Shown here in pieces: positions 53,509-63,375 of a DNA stretch of 64,000 bases; the stretch's first letter is position 1, and each line of letters begins with the position of its first letter. Made by a program: the position numbers and the translations under genes. The notes beneath the pieces were generated by a model that was not told the origin of the DNA, did no database searches, and was given only the letters and a program-made list of their open reading frames with translations. The stretch is taken from NCBI GenBank assembly GCA_034435155.1, contig DAOTYG010000324.1, positions 13,622-77,621 of the forward strand. Reading direction: 5' to 3'. This DNA is from Anaerolineae bacterium (lineage in GTDB: Bacteria > Chloroflexota > JAHJIN01).

Positions 53509-54465
53509 ATGAGAATCTTGTTGACCGGTGCTTTCGGCAATATTGGCACCAGCACGTTGGGAGAGCTTGTCAGGCATGGGCATCGCGTGCGCTGCTTTGA
53601 TTTGCAGACCCGGCGGAATGAGGAGATGGCGAGCCGCCTGGTCGGTCAGATCGAGACCATGTGGGGCGATCTGCGGCGCCCGGATGACGTGACCGCGGCC
53701 GTGCGCGATCAGGACGCCGTGGTGCATATGGCCTTTGTGCTCCCCCGGCTATCCTCCATCGGCGTGGCCAGTGAGGAACGCCCGGATTGGGCGCGGGAGA
53801 TCAACGTGGGCGGGACCCGGAACCTGTTGGAGGCCATGCGTGCCCTGCCGCAGCCACCCCGGCTCATCTTCATCTCCTCCGTCCACGTCTACGGCCGGAC
53901 CCAGGATCAGCCGCCGCCCCGTACCGTCCATGACCCGCTCCGGCCGGTGGAGCACTATGCCCAGCACAAAGTCGAGTGTGAAGAGCTGGTCAGGGCCTCC
54001 GGCCTGGACTGGATGATCTTGCGGCTGGCAGCAGCGTTGCCGGTGCGCCTGATCCTCGACCCGGGGATGTTCGATGTGCCCCTCAGCAATCGTATCGAGT
54101 ACGTGCACACCCGCGACGTGGGGCTGGCCATCGCCAATGCCCTGGACTGCCCGGCCGCGTGGGGCAAGACCCTGCTCATCGGTGGCGGGCCTCGCTGCCA
54201 GTTCTACTACCGCGATCTGGTGGCACGAGTGCTCTCTGCCACCGGCGTGGGCATGTTGCCGGATCGCGCCTTTGCCACCACCCCCTACGGCGTGGACTGG
54301 CTGGACACCACAGAGAGCCAGCGGTTGCTGCGCTACCAACAGCGTACCCTGGAGGACTATATCCGCGACACCCGGGCGGCATTGGGGTATCGGCTGCACC
54401 TGATCAAGACCTTTCGACCCACGGTGCGTCGTTGGCTCCTCACCAAGTCGCCATATTTTGGATAA
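53509..54465 (+). CDS. NAD-dependent epimerase/dehydratase (extended SDR) family protein
   Basis: ILLTGAFGNIGTS Rossmann motif, YxxxK (YAQHK) active site. Confidence 0.85.
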   Translation: MRILLTGAFGNIGTSTLGELVRHGHRVRCFDLQTRRNEEMASRLVGQIETMWGDLRRPDDVTAAVRDQDAVVHMAFVLPRLSSIGVASEERPDWAREINVGGTRNLLEAMRALPQPPRLIFISSVHVYGRTQDQPPPRTVHDPLRPVEHYAQHKVECEELVRASGLDWMILRLAAALPVRLILDPGMFDVPLSNRIEYVHTRDVGLAIANALDCPAAWGKTLLIGGGPRCQFYYRDLVARVLSATGVGMLPDRAFATTPYGVDWLDTTESQRLLRYQQRTLEDYIRDTRAALGYRLHLIKTFRPTVRRWLLTKSPYFG

Positions 54466-54590
54466 GCAGTGACTGCCTGCCCTCCCGCAGGTTGGGGTAC
54501 AATGGGCCAGACCAGAAGGTATTGCCCCTCTAACCTATTACAAACTCCTTGCAAACCCCCCGCTTTTGGTATAGAATAAGACCGGCTATT

Positions 54591-54766
54591 GCGGAATGGG
54601 GAATGCGGAATGCGGAGTGCGGAATGGGGAATGGAGAATGCGGATTTCGGAATCTGATTACGCAGTCTGCCATTTGCCATTTGCCATGTGCCATTTGCAA
54701 TTTGCAATCTGCAATTTGCAATCTGCAATCTGCAATCCACAATCCGCAATCTGCCATCCGCAATCC
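54591..54766. repeat. Heptanucleotide repeats (GGAATGS)x~9 then (TGCCATT/TGCAATC)x14 upstream of pdxS
   Basis: Two adjacent 7-bp-period tracts. Confidence 0.95.
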
Positions 54767-54785
54767 AGGTCAAGGAGGATCTGAG

Positions 54786-55673
54786 ATGGAAAAGGAAACT
54801 GGAACCTGGACGGTAAAAGTGGGCCTGGCCCAGATGCTCAAGGGCGGCGTGATCATGGACGTGGTGACGCCGGAGCACGCGAAGATCGCCGAGGAGGCCG
54901 GGGCCTGCGCGGTGATGGCCCTGGAGCGTGTCCCGGCCGACATCCGTGCCCAGGGCGGCGTGGCCCGCATGAGCGACCCGGAATTGATCTTGCGCATCAT
55001 GGACGCCGTGACCATCCCGGTGATGGCCAAGTGCCGCATCGGGCACTTTGTGGAGGCGCAAGTGCTGGAGGCCCTGGGCGTGGACTATATTGACGAGAGC
55101 GAGGTCCTCACGCCGGCCGACGAGGAGCACCACATTGACAAACACCAGTTCAAAGTGCCTTTCGTCTGCGGCTGCCGCAACCTGGGCGAGGCGTTGCGGC
55201 GCATCGGCGAGGGGGCGGCCATGATCCGCACCAAGGGCGAGGCTGGCACCGGCAACGTGGTGGAGGCTGTGCGCCATGCCCGGGCCGTGCTGGGCGAGAT
55301 CCGGCGCCTCCAGAACATGGCCCCGGAAGAGCTGATGCACGCCGCCAAAGAGATGGGCGCGCCCTACGAGCTGGTGGTGCAGACGGCGAAACTGGGCCGC
55401 CTGCCGGTGGTGAACTTTGCCGCCGGCGGCATCGCCACGCCCGCCGACGCCGCCCTGATGATGCAGTTGGGCATGGATGGCGTCTTTGTCGGCTCTGGCA
55501 TCTTCAAGTCCAGCGACCCGGCCCGGCGGGCCAAGGCCATCGTGGAGGCCACCACCCACTTCCGCGACCCGGCCATCATCGCCGAGGTCTCCAGGGGCCT
55601 GGGCGAGGCCATGCCCGGCCTGGAGATCGCCAGCATCCCGGTGACCGAGCTGCTGGCCGGGCGCGGCTGGTGA
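54786..55673 (+). CDS. pdxS: Pyridoxal 5'-phosphate synthase lyase subunit PdxS
   Basis: Near-canonical PdxS sequence ([19 protein letters not shown]..., [31 protein letters not shown]); AAGGAGG RBS. Confidence 0.95.
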   Translation: MEKETGTWTVKVGLAQMLKGGVIMDVVTPEHAKIAEEAGACAVMALERVPADIRAQGGVARMSDPELILRIMDAVTIPVMAKCRIGHFVEAQVLEALGVDYIDESEVLTPADEEHHIDKHQFKVPFVCGCRNLGEALRRIGEGAAMIRTKGEAGTGNVVEAVRHARAVLGEIRRLQNMAPEELMHAAKEMGAPYELVVQTAKLGRLPVVNFAAGGIATPADAALMMQLGMDGVFVGSGIFKSSDPARRAKAIVEATTHFRDPAIIAEVSRGLGEAMPGLEIASIPVTELLAGRGW

Positions 55674-56130
55674 GCGAGTACGCCCTGCGACCAGCGACCA
55701 TCGCGGACCTGGCCGAGGTGGTGCGCCTGCGCCGGCGCATGTTCGAGAGCATAGGGGTGACGGACATCGCCGCTCTGGACCGGTCCGATGCAGCCTGTAT
55801 GACCTACTTCGCCCAGGCGATCCCGTCGGGCGAGTACCAGGGCTGGGTCGTGGAAACGCTGGATGGCCACGTGGTCGCCAGCGCGGGTTGTGTCATAGAC
55901 CAGCACCCGCCAGGCCCTGGCAATCCCACGGGGCGCATCGGCTATATCATGAACCTGCCCTTTGGGGTGGAGCCAGAGCACCGGCGGCGCGGCGCATCAT
56001 GACCGCCGTCCTGGAGCACCTGCGCGCCGATGGGATATGTGTGTTTGCCCTCCACGCCACGGAGCTGGGCCGGCCACTGTACGAGAGCCTGGGCTTTGTC
56101 GCGTCCAACGAGCTGCGGCTGCGGTGTTGA
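55670..56130 (+). pseudogene. GNAT-family N-acetyltransferase interrupted by a +1 frameshift near 55985-55995
   Basis: Frame A ends ...EPEHRRRGAS*; continuing in the next frame gives the GNAT motif-A region RRRGIMTAVLEHL...; an extra base in the CGGCGGCGCGGCGCA run would explain it. GTG start overlaps the pdxS stop (GTGA). Confidence 0.6.
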
Positions 56131-56139
56131 GGGTGACCA

Positions 56140-56448
56140 ATGGACATTAGCGACATCAAGGTCCGCATACGCGACAACCAGTATGTGTATACCCTTCATG
56201 CAGATATTGAGCGCAAAGCAGAGGGACTGACCATCGCTCAGGTAGAAGAAGCCCTCCTGAGCAGTGAAATACTCGAACAGTATCCTGATACTGGGCGTGG
56301 GGCAAGCTGTTTGGTAGTTGGTTTTGCCAAGGATATACCGATCCATGTGGTCTGCGGCTGGCGTGGCGACAGAATCGCATTGATTACCATCTACATCCCT
56401 TGCCCTCCCAAGTTCGTTGATCCCTGGACACGAGGAGAAAGACCATGA
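56140..56448 (+). CDS. DUF4258-like putative toxin
   Basis: Small ORF overlapping (ATGA) a zinc-finger antitoxin-like gene; low-GC relative to surroundings. Confidence 0.6.
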   Translation: MDISDIKVRIRDNQYVYTLHADIERKAEGLTIAQVEEALLSSEILEQYPDTGRGASCLVVGFAKDIPIHVVCGWRGDRIALITIYIPCPPKFVDPWTRGERP

Positions 56449-56693
56449 ACAAGGTTCGTTGCAATTTCTGCGGTAGTGATCGGTATGAAGAGCGGCGGAT
56501 CGAGTATCTCTATAGTCACCAGGGTGAGTATCTGCTCGTTCCCAACACGCCGGTTGAAGTATGTCTGGATTGCGGGATGGTATACTATGATGCCGTGGTC
56601 CTCAAGAACATCGAACAGCGGTTTTTTGCCATTTATCGGCATGAGCAAGAGCCGGATCGTTATGTGCGAATGCCAGAAGCGGTCTATGCTTGA
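56445..56693 (+). CDS. YgiT-type zinc-finger protein (MqsA-N-like putative antitoxin)
   Basis: CNFCGS...CLDCG zinc ribbon spacing as in TIGR03831-type proteins. Confidence 0.6.
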   Translation: MNKVRCNFCGSDRYEERRIEYLYSHQGEYLLVPNTPVEVCLDCGMVYYDAVVLKNIEQRFFAIYRHEQEPDRYVRMPEAVYA

Positions 56694-56925
56694 TTCCTTG
56701 CCCCTCAGCCGAGACTTTTGCGTCCAACGAGCTGCGGCTGCGAGAATAGGGAGGCATACCGATGAGTGCCATGAGAGCGATCCGTTTGCGCGGTCGGGTC
56801 AGCCGCGACCGGGGTTTGGAGGTTTTGGAACCCCCTGAACTGCCAGGCGGCTAGTCACATACAACCCCGCCGATTTTCAGAGGTACGGCGAGATCATTCT
56901 GGAGGCGAGGCCAACGTAGGATTCG

Positions 56926-57510
56926 ATGACCCGCATCGGCGTACTTGCCCTGCAAGGGGCCTTTATCGAACACGAGCAGATGCTGCGCCGGCTGGGCGCG
57001 GAGGCGGTGGAGGTGCGCCTGCCAGCCCACCTGACCGGCCTGCACGGCCTGATCATGCCCGGCGGCGAGAGCACCACCATCGGCAAGCTGGCCGTGACCT
57101 ATGGCCTGCTGGAGCCGCTGCAACGCCTGGCCCGCACGGGGTTCCCGATCTGGGGCACCTGCGCCGGCCTGATCCTCCTGGCTCGCCAGGCAACAGACGG
57201 CGCGCCCGGCCAGCCCCTCGTCGGGGCCATGGACATCACTGTGCGTCGCAATGCCTTCGGCCGGCAGGTGGATAGCTTTGAGGCGGACCTGGACGTGCCG
57301 GCCTTTGGCCCGCCGCCGTTCCGCGCCGTCTTTATCCGCGCCCCCCTCATCGAGCGCGTGGGGCCAGGCGTGGACGTGCTGGCCCGCCTGCCGGACACCG
57401 GCGGGATCGTGGCCGTCCGACAAGGCCATTTGCTGGCTACCGCCTTCCACCCGGAGCTGACGGACGACGCGCGCTTTCACGCCTGTTTCCTGACCATGTG
57501 CCAGCAGTAG
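56926..57510 (+). CDS. pdxT: Pyridoxal 5'-phosphate synthase glutaminase subunit PdxT
   Basis: Class I glutamine amidotransferase triad context (GTCAG, HPE), [17 protein letters not shown]-terminus typical of PdxT. Confidence 0.9.
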   Translation: MTRIGVLALQGAFIEHEQMLRRLGAEAVEVRLPAHLTGLHGLIMPGGESTTIGKLAVTYGLLEPLQRLARTGFPIWGTCAGLILLARQATDGAPGQPLVGAMDITVRRNAFGRQVDSFEADLDVPAFGPPPFRAVFIRAPLIERVGPGVDVLARLPDTGGIVAVRQGHLLATAFHPELTDDARFHACFLTMCQQ

Positions 57511-57528
57511 GATCCAGGTGCAGAGACC

Positions 57529-58533
57529 ATGACGAATCTCACCATCCGCCCGCTGCTGCCCGGCGACCTGCTGACGGGCCGGGGTCAGCCCAGACGCGAG
57601 CTGTTCCTGAGCACCGACGGCCTGTCGGCGCCGGCGCGCCGGCCCCCCTGGGCCGGGTTTCTACCCTGGGGGGTGGCCGGCTATGGCCTGCTCGGCGAGA
57701 GCGACACCCATGGGCCGGCCCTGATCTACGCCCGCCCCCGGCCCCGCCGCGACAAGTGGGACGTGGTCTACCTGGCCGGCCCCGCCGATGCGAGCGACGA
57801 TACCATCACCGCTCTCTGGCAAGCGCTGCTGGAACGGTTGTGCCAGGAGGCCGGCCGCCAGGGCGTCTTGCGCGTCTTTGCCCGCCTGGATGAGCAGGAC
57901 GAGATGGTGGACCCCTTGCGCCGGGCCGGATTCGTGCTCTATAGCCGCGACCTGCTCTGGCAACGCGCGCCGGGCCCGGCGGCCGCGCCCCCCAGCGAGC
58001 CGCCGTCGGGCACCCTACGCCCGCAACGTGGGGCCGATGCCTGGGGCCTGCATAGCCTGTACCGGGCGTTGGCCCCGGCCATCGTTCAGCAATCCGAGGG
58101 GTTGACCAGCCGGGACTGGCGACCTACGGGCCGGCGTTGGTTGGGCAACGGGCCACGGGCCTATGTGCTCATCGTGGCCGGCGAGATCAAGGGCTGTTTC
58201 CGCGTGACCGAAGGGACAGCCGAAGCCCGGCTATGGCTCCTGGCCCATCCCGAAGCCCGCCCGGCCCTGAGCGCGTTGCTGCCGGGCTTCGGGTTGGACC
58301 CGCTGCGCACCTTGACCGTCCTGGTGCCCGAATACGGCAGTTGGGTGACCGGCCTGCTGGAAGGGGCCGGGTTCCAGCACGTGGGCGCGCAGGCCCTCTT
58401 GGTCCGGCATACCGTCGCCTGGGCGCGCGCCCCGGAGCCGCGCCGCCGGCCGGTCATCAAAGAGGTCCTGGAGCCGGCTCCCACCACCCCGGCGGCCCCG
58501 GCGACGGCCCCAGCGGGGGGAGAACAGACGTGA
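57529..58533 (+). CDS. Hypothetical protein, possibly GNAT-fold
   Basis: ORF with ATG; weak GNAT-like N-terminal region; low-complexity Pro/Ala-rich C-terminus. Confidence 0.45.
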   Translation: MTNLTIRPLLPGDLLTGRGQPRRELFLSTDGLSAPARRPPWAGFLPWGVAGYGLLGESDTHGPALIYARPRPRRDKWDVVYLAGPADASDDTITALWQALLERLCQEAGRQGVLRVFARLDEQDEMVDPLRRAGFVLYSRDLLWQRAPGPAAAPPSEPPSGTLRPQRGADAWGLHSLYRALAPAIVQQSEGLTSRDWRPTGRRWLGNGPRAYVLIVAGEIKGCFRVTEGTAEARLWLLAHPEARPALSALLPGFGLDPLRTLTVLVPEYGSWVTGLLEGAGFQHVGAQALLVRHTVAWARAPEPRRRPVIKEVLEPAPTTPAAPATAPAGGEQT

Positions 58534-58949
58534 ACGAGCTGGCCCTGGCCGACGTGTGCCACCGTCATGGGGTCTCCCTGGTCGTGCTCTTTGGTTCCCA
58601 GGCCACGGGCATGGCACGACCGGATAGCGACCTGGACCTGGGTATCCTGGTGGACGAGTACCCGGTGGAACCGGCGCGGGAGCTGGCCTTGATCCGGGAC
58701 CTGGTATACGCCCTGCGCCGGGCCGACCTCGATGTGATTATCCTGAACCAGGCCAATCCGTCGTTGTGCTACCAGGCGGCGCGTGATGGCCGGCCCCTCT
58801 ACGAGCGCGAGCCGGGCACCTTCGACCGCTTTCGGTTCCGGGCCTGGAAACGCTTCATTGATACGGCGCGCTTCCGACGATTACAAGGCCCGTTCATCGA
58901 GGCATTCCTGAGAGGAGAGGTCTACCGTGCTCGACAGGTTGGCTCTTGA
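58530..58949 (+). CDS. Nucleotidyltransferase (MNT-type antitoxin of HepT/MNT pair), GTG start overlapping upstream stop
   Basis: LVVLFGSQATGMARPDSDLDLGILV is the minimal-NTase GS...D.D motif; GGGGGAGAA RBS. Confidence 0.75.
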   Translation: MNELALADVCHRHGVSLVVLFGSQATGMARPDSDLDLGILVDEYPVEPARELALIRDLVYALRRADLDVIILNQANPSLCYQAARDGRPLYEREPGTFDRFRFRAWKRFIDTARFRRLQGPFIEAFLRGEVYRARQVGS

Positions 58950-59181
58950 AGAGAAACTGACCCTAGACTACTCATCGTTTATCGCTCTGGGCAAGGCGGG
59001 CGTGCTGTCGCCGGACTTTGCCGAGTCCCTGGCCCCCACCACGGCGATCCGCAACCGCCTGGTCCACGAGTACGATACCATTGATGAGCGACTCGTCTAT
59101 GCCAGCGTGCAGCCGATCCGGGCAGAATTCACCCGTTACATGGAACAGATCCATCGCTATCTACAAGGACAGGTAACTTGA
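58927..59181 (+). CDS. hepT: HepT-like (DUF86) toxin
   Basis: Rx4HxY motif [13 protein letters not shown]; overlaps MNT gene by 23 nt. Confidence 0.8.
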   Translation: MLDRLALEEKLTLDYSSFIALGKAGVLSPDFAESLAPTTAIRNRLVHEYDTIDERLVYASVQPIRAEFTRYMEQIHRYLQGQVT

Positions 59182-60749
59182 ACGAATTTGTTGCGAACGG
59201 CCCGTTCAAGCGTATCACCGACGACCTGGATGCCCTGCTGGAAGTCTTGCCGCCGCGCATCCGCGCGCCCCTGGAAGCCGATGAGGAGCGCGACAACCTG
59301 CTGGAAGTGGTGCTGGACCTGGGCCGGCTGCCAGAAGCCCGCTTCCTGGACCGGGAAGTGATCCTTTCCGATCAAGACGTGACGGCCGAGGACCTGGACT
59401 ATGTGGTGAGCCGCATCGGCGAGTTCAACGCCGACAACCGGGCCGGCATCGAGCGGACCCTGCACCGCATCAGCGCCATCCGCAACCGGCAGGGGCGCAT
59501 CATCGGGCTGACCTGCCGCGTGGGCCGGGCTGTCTACGGCACAATAGACATCATCCGCGACATCGTGGAGAGCGGCCGCAGCATTTTATTGCTGGGCAAG
59601 CCCGGCGTCGGCAAGACCACCATGCTGCGCGAGACGGCCCGGGTCCTGGCCGAACGCAAGCGGGTGGTCATCGTGGATACCTCCAACGAGATCGCCGGTG
59701 ACGGCGACATCCCGCACCCGGCCATCGGCCGGGCCAGACGGATGCAAGTGGTGACGCCGGCCCTTCAGCACGCGGTGATGATCGAGGCGGTGGAGAACCA
59801 CATGCCGGAGGTCATCGTCATTGACGAGATCGGTACTGAGTTGGAGGCCGCCGCCGCCCGCACCATCGCCGAGCGCGGCGTGCAACTGGTGGGCACCGCC
59901 CACGGTAACAGCCTGGAGAACGTCATGCTCAATCCCACCCTGGCGGATCTGGTGGGGGGCATCCAGGCCGTCACTTTGAGCGATGAGGTGGCCCGGCAGC
60001 GCGGCACCCAGAAGACCGTGCTGGAACGCAAGGCCCCACCCACTTTCGACGTGGTGGTGGAGATCATAGACTGGGACCGGCTGGCCGTGCACCACAACGT
60101 GGCCGAGGCCGTGGACAACATCCTGCGCGGCCGGCCCATCGCCGCCGAACTGCGCTATCGGGATGAGGAGACCGGCCAGGTTATCAGTGGCCCGGCCGCC
60201 CTGGCCCCGGCTGCCGCCGAGACTCCCCGTCTGGCCCGGGAGGCCCAGCCCGCCGGTCCCATGCCCCGCGTGCCGATCTATACCTTTGGCGTGAGCCAGA
60301 ACCTGCTGGAGCAGGCCGCCCATGACCTGGAAGTGCCCATCAAAATAGTGAGAACATTAGAACAGGCCGATGTGGTGCTGACTTCGCGGGCCTACTATCG
60401 CAAGCGGCCCAAGACCATCCGCGTGGCGGAAGCCCAGGGCATTGCCGTCTATGTGCTGCGCAGCAACACCCAACTGCAAATGGAGCACTTTTTGACGGAT
60501 TATTTTGGCCTGGCAGCCCGACCGGACCCGGTAACCCTGGCCTTGCAGGAGGCGGAAGAGGCCATCACCCAGGTCCTGGCCGGTTCGCGCCCTATCGAAC
60601 TGTCCCCGCAGAACGCCTATATCCGGCGTCTTCAGCACCAGTTGGCCGAGCGGTATAGTGTGAGCAGTCGCAGCCGGGGCAAAGAGCCGCACCGCCGGGT
60701 TCAGATCTTTGCCAGCGATGATGAACGAACCGATAAGCGTGACCGGTGA
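59178..60749 (+). CDS. R3H-domain / SpoIIIAA-like AAA ATPase (Ycf45-like)
   Basis: Walker [17 protein letters not shown], Walker [11 protein letters not shown]-terminal R3H-like region; TTG start overlapping hepT stop. Confidence 0.8.
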   Translation: MNEFVANGPFKRITDDLDALLEVLPPRIRAPLEADEERDNLLEVVLDLGRLPEARFLDREVILSDQDVTAEDLDYVVSRIGEFNADNRAGIERTLHRISAIRNRQGRIIGLTCRVGRAVYGTIDIIRDIVESGRSILLLGKPGVGKTTMLRETARVLAERKRVVIVDTSNEIAGDGDIPHPAIGRARRMQVVTPALQHAVMIEAVENHMPEVIVIDEIGTELEAAAARTIAERGVQLVGTAHGNSLENVMLNPTLADLVGGIQAVTLSDEVARQRGTQKTVLERKAPPTFDVVVEIIDWDRLAVHHNVAEAVDNILRGRPIAAELRYRDEETGQVISGPAALAPAAAETPRLAREAQPAGPMPRVPIYTFGVSQNLLEQAAHDLEVPIKIVRTLEQADVVLTSRAYYRKRPKTIRVAEAQGIAVYVLRSNTQLQMEHFLTDYFGLAARPDPVTLALQEAEEAITQVLAGSRPIELSPQNAYIRRLQHQLAERYSVSSRSRGKEPHRRVQIFASDDERTDKRDR

Positions 60750-61473
60750 GCGAGGCCCGGCCCGCCATCGTCTGCTATGGCGCACCGTCGCCCGGGGCGC
60801 GTTACTGCTGATCTATGCCAACCTGGCGGACCTGCTGGTTGTGGGGGGCGGCTTTGACCGCGCCCTGTACGACCTGGCTGCCCTGGTATTGCTCATCGTC
60901 CTGGGCGGTTGGTTCATCCTCTGCCGCCGGCATGAGTTGCCGGGCCTGGGGGTGCAGCGGCGGGGACTGGTAAACAGCGCGCTGTGGGGCGTGCTGCTGG
61001 GACTGGGGCTGGCGACCGGACCACTGCTCTTTTTCGTCTTTCCATTTCTCCTGGCCGACCCGGTGCGCTACCCGGCCATCACCGGGATGTCCCAGGCCCG
61101 GCTCTGGTGGGAGCTGCTGGTTCGCGTGCCCATCGTGACGGTGTTGCTCCAGGAGTTCCTTTTCCGGGGGCTGTTGCAACGGGATTTCACGCGGGCCCTG
61201 GGTCTCTGGCGCGGCATCCTGAGCACCAATCTCATCTTCTGCGGCTGGCACCTGGTTATCGCCTGGGATGCCGTGAGCCAGCAATCTGTCGCGCTGCCCC
61301 TGTTGCCACCGGGGGCCTGCTATCTCCTGGGTTACGTCGGCGCGCTGCTGGTGGTGCTGCTCGGCGGCACGCTCCTGAGCCTGTTGCGGTGGCGCACCGA
61401 CAACCTGGCCGGCCCCATCGCGGCGCACTGGCTGGTGGTGGCCCTGATGACGGTAATGCTCTACGCGCTATAG
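60718..61473 (+). CDS. CPBP (CAAX protease/Abi) family intramembrane metalloprotease
   Basis: EExxxR motif (QEFLFRGLL), FxxxH (FCGWHL), HxxxN/D (AAHWLVV) in TM context; start codon uncertain (TTG at 60709 or ATG 60718). Confidence 0.7.
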   Translation: MMNEPISVTGERGPARHRLLWRTVARGALLLIYANLADLLVVGGGFDRALYDLAALVLLIVLGGWFILCRRHELPGLGVQRRGLVNSALWGVLLGLGLATGPLLFFVFPFLLADPVRYPAITGMSQARLWWELLVRVPIVTVLLQEFLFRGLLQRDFTRALGLWRGILSTNLIFCGWHLVIAWDAVSQQSVALPLLPPGACYLLGYVGALLVVLLGGTLLSLLRWRTDNLAGPIAAHWLVVALMTVMLYAL

Positions 61474-61481
61474 GGGGTGTT

Positions 61482-62132
61482 GTGGGCCTGTTCATCACGT
61501 TCGAGGGGCCAGAGGGTTGTGGCAAGACTACCCAGGCCCAGGTGTTGTTTCATCGGCTACAGGCGAAAGGTTACCCGGTGGTCTTGCTCCGGGAACCCGG
61601 CGGCACGGCCCTGGGGGAACGCATCCGGGAGATCCTCCTGCACGCGGCCGATGTGCCGCTTTCGCCCCGGGCCGAAGCGTTGCTCTTTGCCGCGTCCCGC
61701 GCCCAGTTCGTGGTCGAAGCCATTCGACCGCATCTGGCCGCCGACAGGGTGGTGATCTGTGACCGCTACGCCGATTCGACCCTGGCCTATCAGGGCTATG
61801 GTCGGGGGCTGGACCTGGCAGCATTGCAGGTGGTGTTGGACTTTGCCACGGGGGGGCTGGTCCCTGACCTGACGTTTCTGTTGGACCTGCCCACGGAAGA
61901 GGGGTTGCGCCGCAAACGGCAGGGCGCGTTGCTGGCCGGCCTGCCGGACTGGGACCGCTTTGAACAGGAGGAGCTGGCCTTTCACCATCAGGTGCGGGAA
62001 GGCTACCGGCAGATGGCCGCCGCTGGCGGGCGCTGGGTGATCTTGGATGCCACCCAGTCCCTGGCGGCGGTGGAACGGCAAATCTGGCAACAAGTATGCC
62101 AGAGGCTGCCAGTTAAGGGGGCATCTCGATGA
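61482..62132 (+). CDS. tmk: Thymidylate kinase
   Basis: GLFITFEGPEGCGKTTQ P-loop, DRY motif (CDRYADSTLAYQG); GTG start after AGGGGG RBS. Confidence 0.9.
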   Translation: MGLFITFEGPEGCGKTTQAQVLFHRLQAKGYPVVLLREPGGTALGERIREILLHAADVPLSPRAEALLFAASRAQFVVEAIRPHLAADRVVICDRYADSTLAYQGYGRGLDLAALQVVLDFATGGLVPDLTFLLDLPTEEGLRRKRQGALLAGLPDWDRFEQEELAFHHQVREGYRQMAAAGGRWVILDATQSLAAVERQIWQQVCQRLPVKGASR

Positions 62133-62458
62133 AACTGATCCTGGCTATCGTGCAAGAGGATGATGCCAATAACTTGCTGGATGAACTGATGACGGCCGGC
62201 TACCGGGCCACGCTCATCAGCACCACCGGCGGGTTCCTGCGCGAAGGCAATGCTACCGTGCTTGTGGGGGTGGAAGATGGAGAGTTGCCTGGGGTGATGC
62301 GGATCATTCAGGCCACCTGCTCGGCGCGCAAGCAATATGTCACACCCCTGCCGCCGATCCTGGAACCGGGCGAGTTCTATGTGCCGCAGCCGGTGGAGGT
62401 GCAGGTGGGTGGGGCTACGGTATTCGTCCTGGGCGTGGAAGACTTTCGTCGCCTGTAA
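62129..62458 (+). CDS. darA: PII-like c-di-AMP receptor DarA/PstA (DUF970)
   Basis: MKLILAIVQEDDANNLLDELMTAGYRATLISTTGGFLREGNATVLVGVED matches DUF970; conserved tmk-darA synteny; ATGA overlap with tmk stop. Confidence 0.8.
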   Translation: MKLILAIVQEDDANNLLDELMTAGYRATLISTTGGFLREGNATVLVGVEDGELPGVMRIIQATCSARKQYVTPLPPILEPGEFYVPQPVEVQVGGATVFVLGVEDFRRL

Positions 62459-62465
62459 TTACCCT

Positions 62466-62805
62466 CCCGCAAGTCAAAGATTCCTGCTCGCGCGGGGTCT
62501 GCGACCCCGCGCCGGCGGCTATCTTGTGCTCGCGCAGGGTGTGCCACCCCGCGCTGGTGGGCGGCGGGTCACCCAGTCAGGCCTGGGCCTGGCAGACCCG
62601 CCGCGAGCGAGGGTCTTATGCTCGCGCGGGGTCTGCGACCCCGCGCTGGTGAGTGGCGGGTCACCCAGTCAGGCCTGGGCCTGGCAGACCCGCCGCGAGC
62701 GAGGGGCACACCCTCTTATGCTCGCGCGGGGTCTGCGACCCCGCGCTGGTGAGTGGCGGGTCACCCAGTCAGGCCTGGGCCTGGCAGACCCGCCGCGAGC
62801 AGTGG
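62466..62805. repeat. Tandem array (3.5 copies, ~95-bp composite unit) of the same GCGCGGGGTCTGCGACCCCGCGC hairpin plus a second GGCGGGTCACCCAGTCAGGCCTGGGCCTGGCAGACCCGCC hairpin
   Basis: Near-identical 95-bp units between darA and the CBS gene. Confidence 0.9.
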
Positions 62806-62812
62806 AGACGAT

Positions 62813-63298
62813 GTGCGCAAGATCAGTGATTTCATGAGCCGGGGCGTGGTCTCGGCCCCGCCGGGCACACCGTTGACCGAGGCTCTGGCCCGGATGCTGG
62901 ACCAGGAGGTGGGCAGCATCGTTGTGGTGGCTGGTCCCCGGCAACCCCTGGGCCTCCTGACCAGGGAACTGGCGATCAGGGTGGCCCTTGAACACCGGGG
63001 AGCCGCCGGCCTCAACCTGGGCGAACTGGAGCTGGCCCCGGTCCAGGTGGTGCCGCCGGAGGCCGACGTGCGGGAAGGGGTGGAGTTGATCCTGTCACCG
63101 CACCGGCCGCGTCACGTGGTGGTGGTGGGCGAAGCCGGCATCGAGGGGGTATTCACCCCGGCCAACGCTTTCGAGGCTGTGGTCACCGGCGCTCTGCCCG
63201 AGGTGCCCCCGGCAACGCCCGGCAGACAACCGGGCAATGCCCAGACCAGACTCACCGGCGAGACAACCGGTATCCCTCGCCGGGTTCTGCCCGCGTAA
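62813..63298 (+). CDS. CBS-domain protein (GTG start after repeat array)
   Basis: ISDFMSRGVVSAPPGTPLTEAL...IVVV CBS-pair pattern. Confidence 0.6.
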   Translation: MRKISDFMSRGVVSAPPGTPLTEALARMLDQEVGSIVVVAGPRQPLGLLTRELAIRVALEHRGAAGLNLGELELAPVQVVPPEADVREGVELILSPHRPRHVVVVGEAGIEGVFTPANAFEAVVTGALPEVPPATPGRQPGNAQTRLTGETTGIPRRVLPA

Positions 63299-63375
63299 CT
63301 GCCGGCCTCAAACCGCCAGGTTAATCGGACGCGGACGCGGAGCGTGCAGATAGAAGCTGATTTAGGAGGGATGTA

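Noticed and set aside
62466-62805. Possible CRISPR array
   Set aside because: The ~60-nt 'spacers' are themselves repeated nearly identically in each unit and also occur inverted at 48290-48440.
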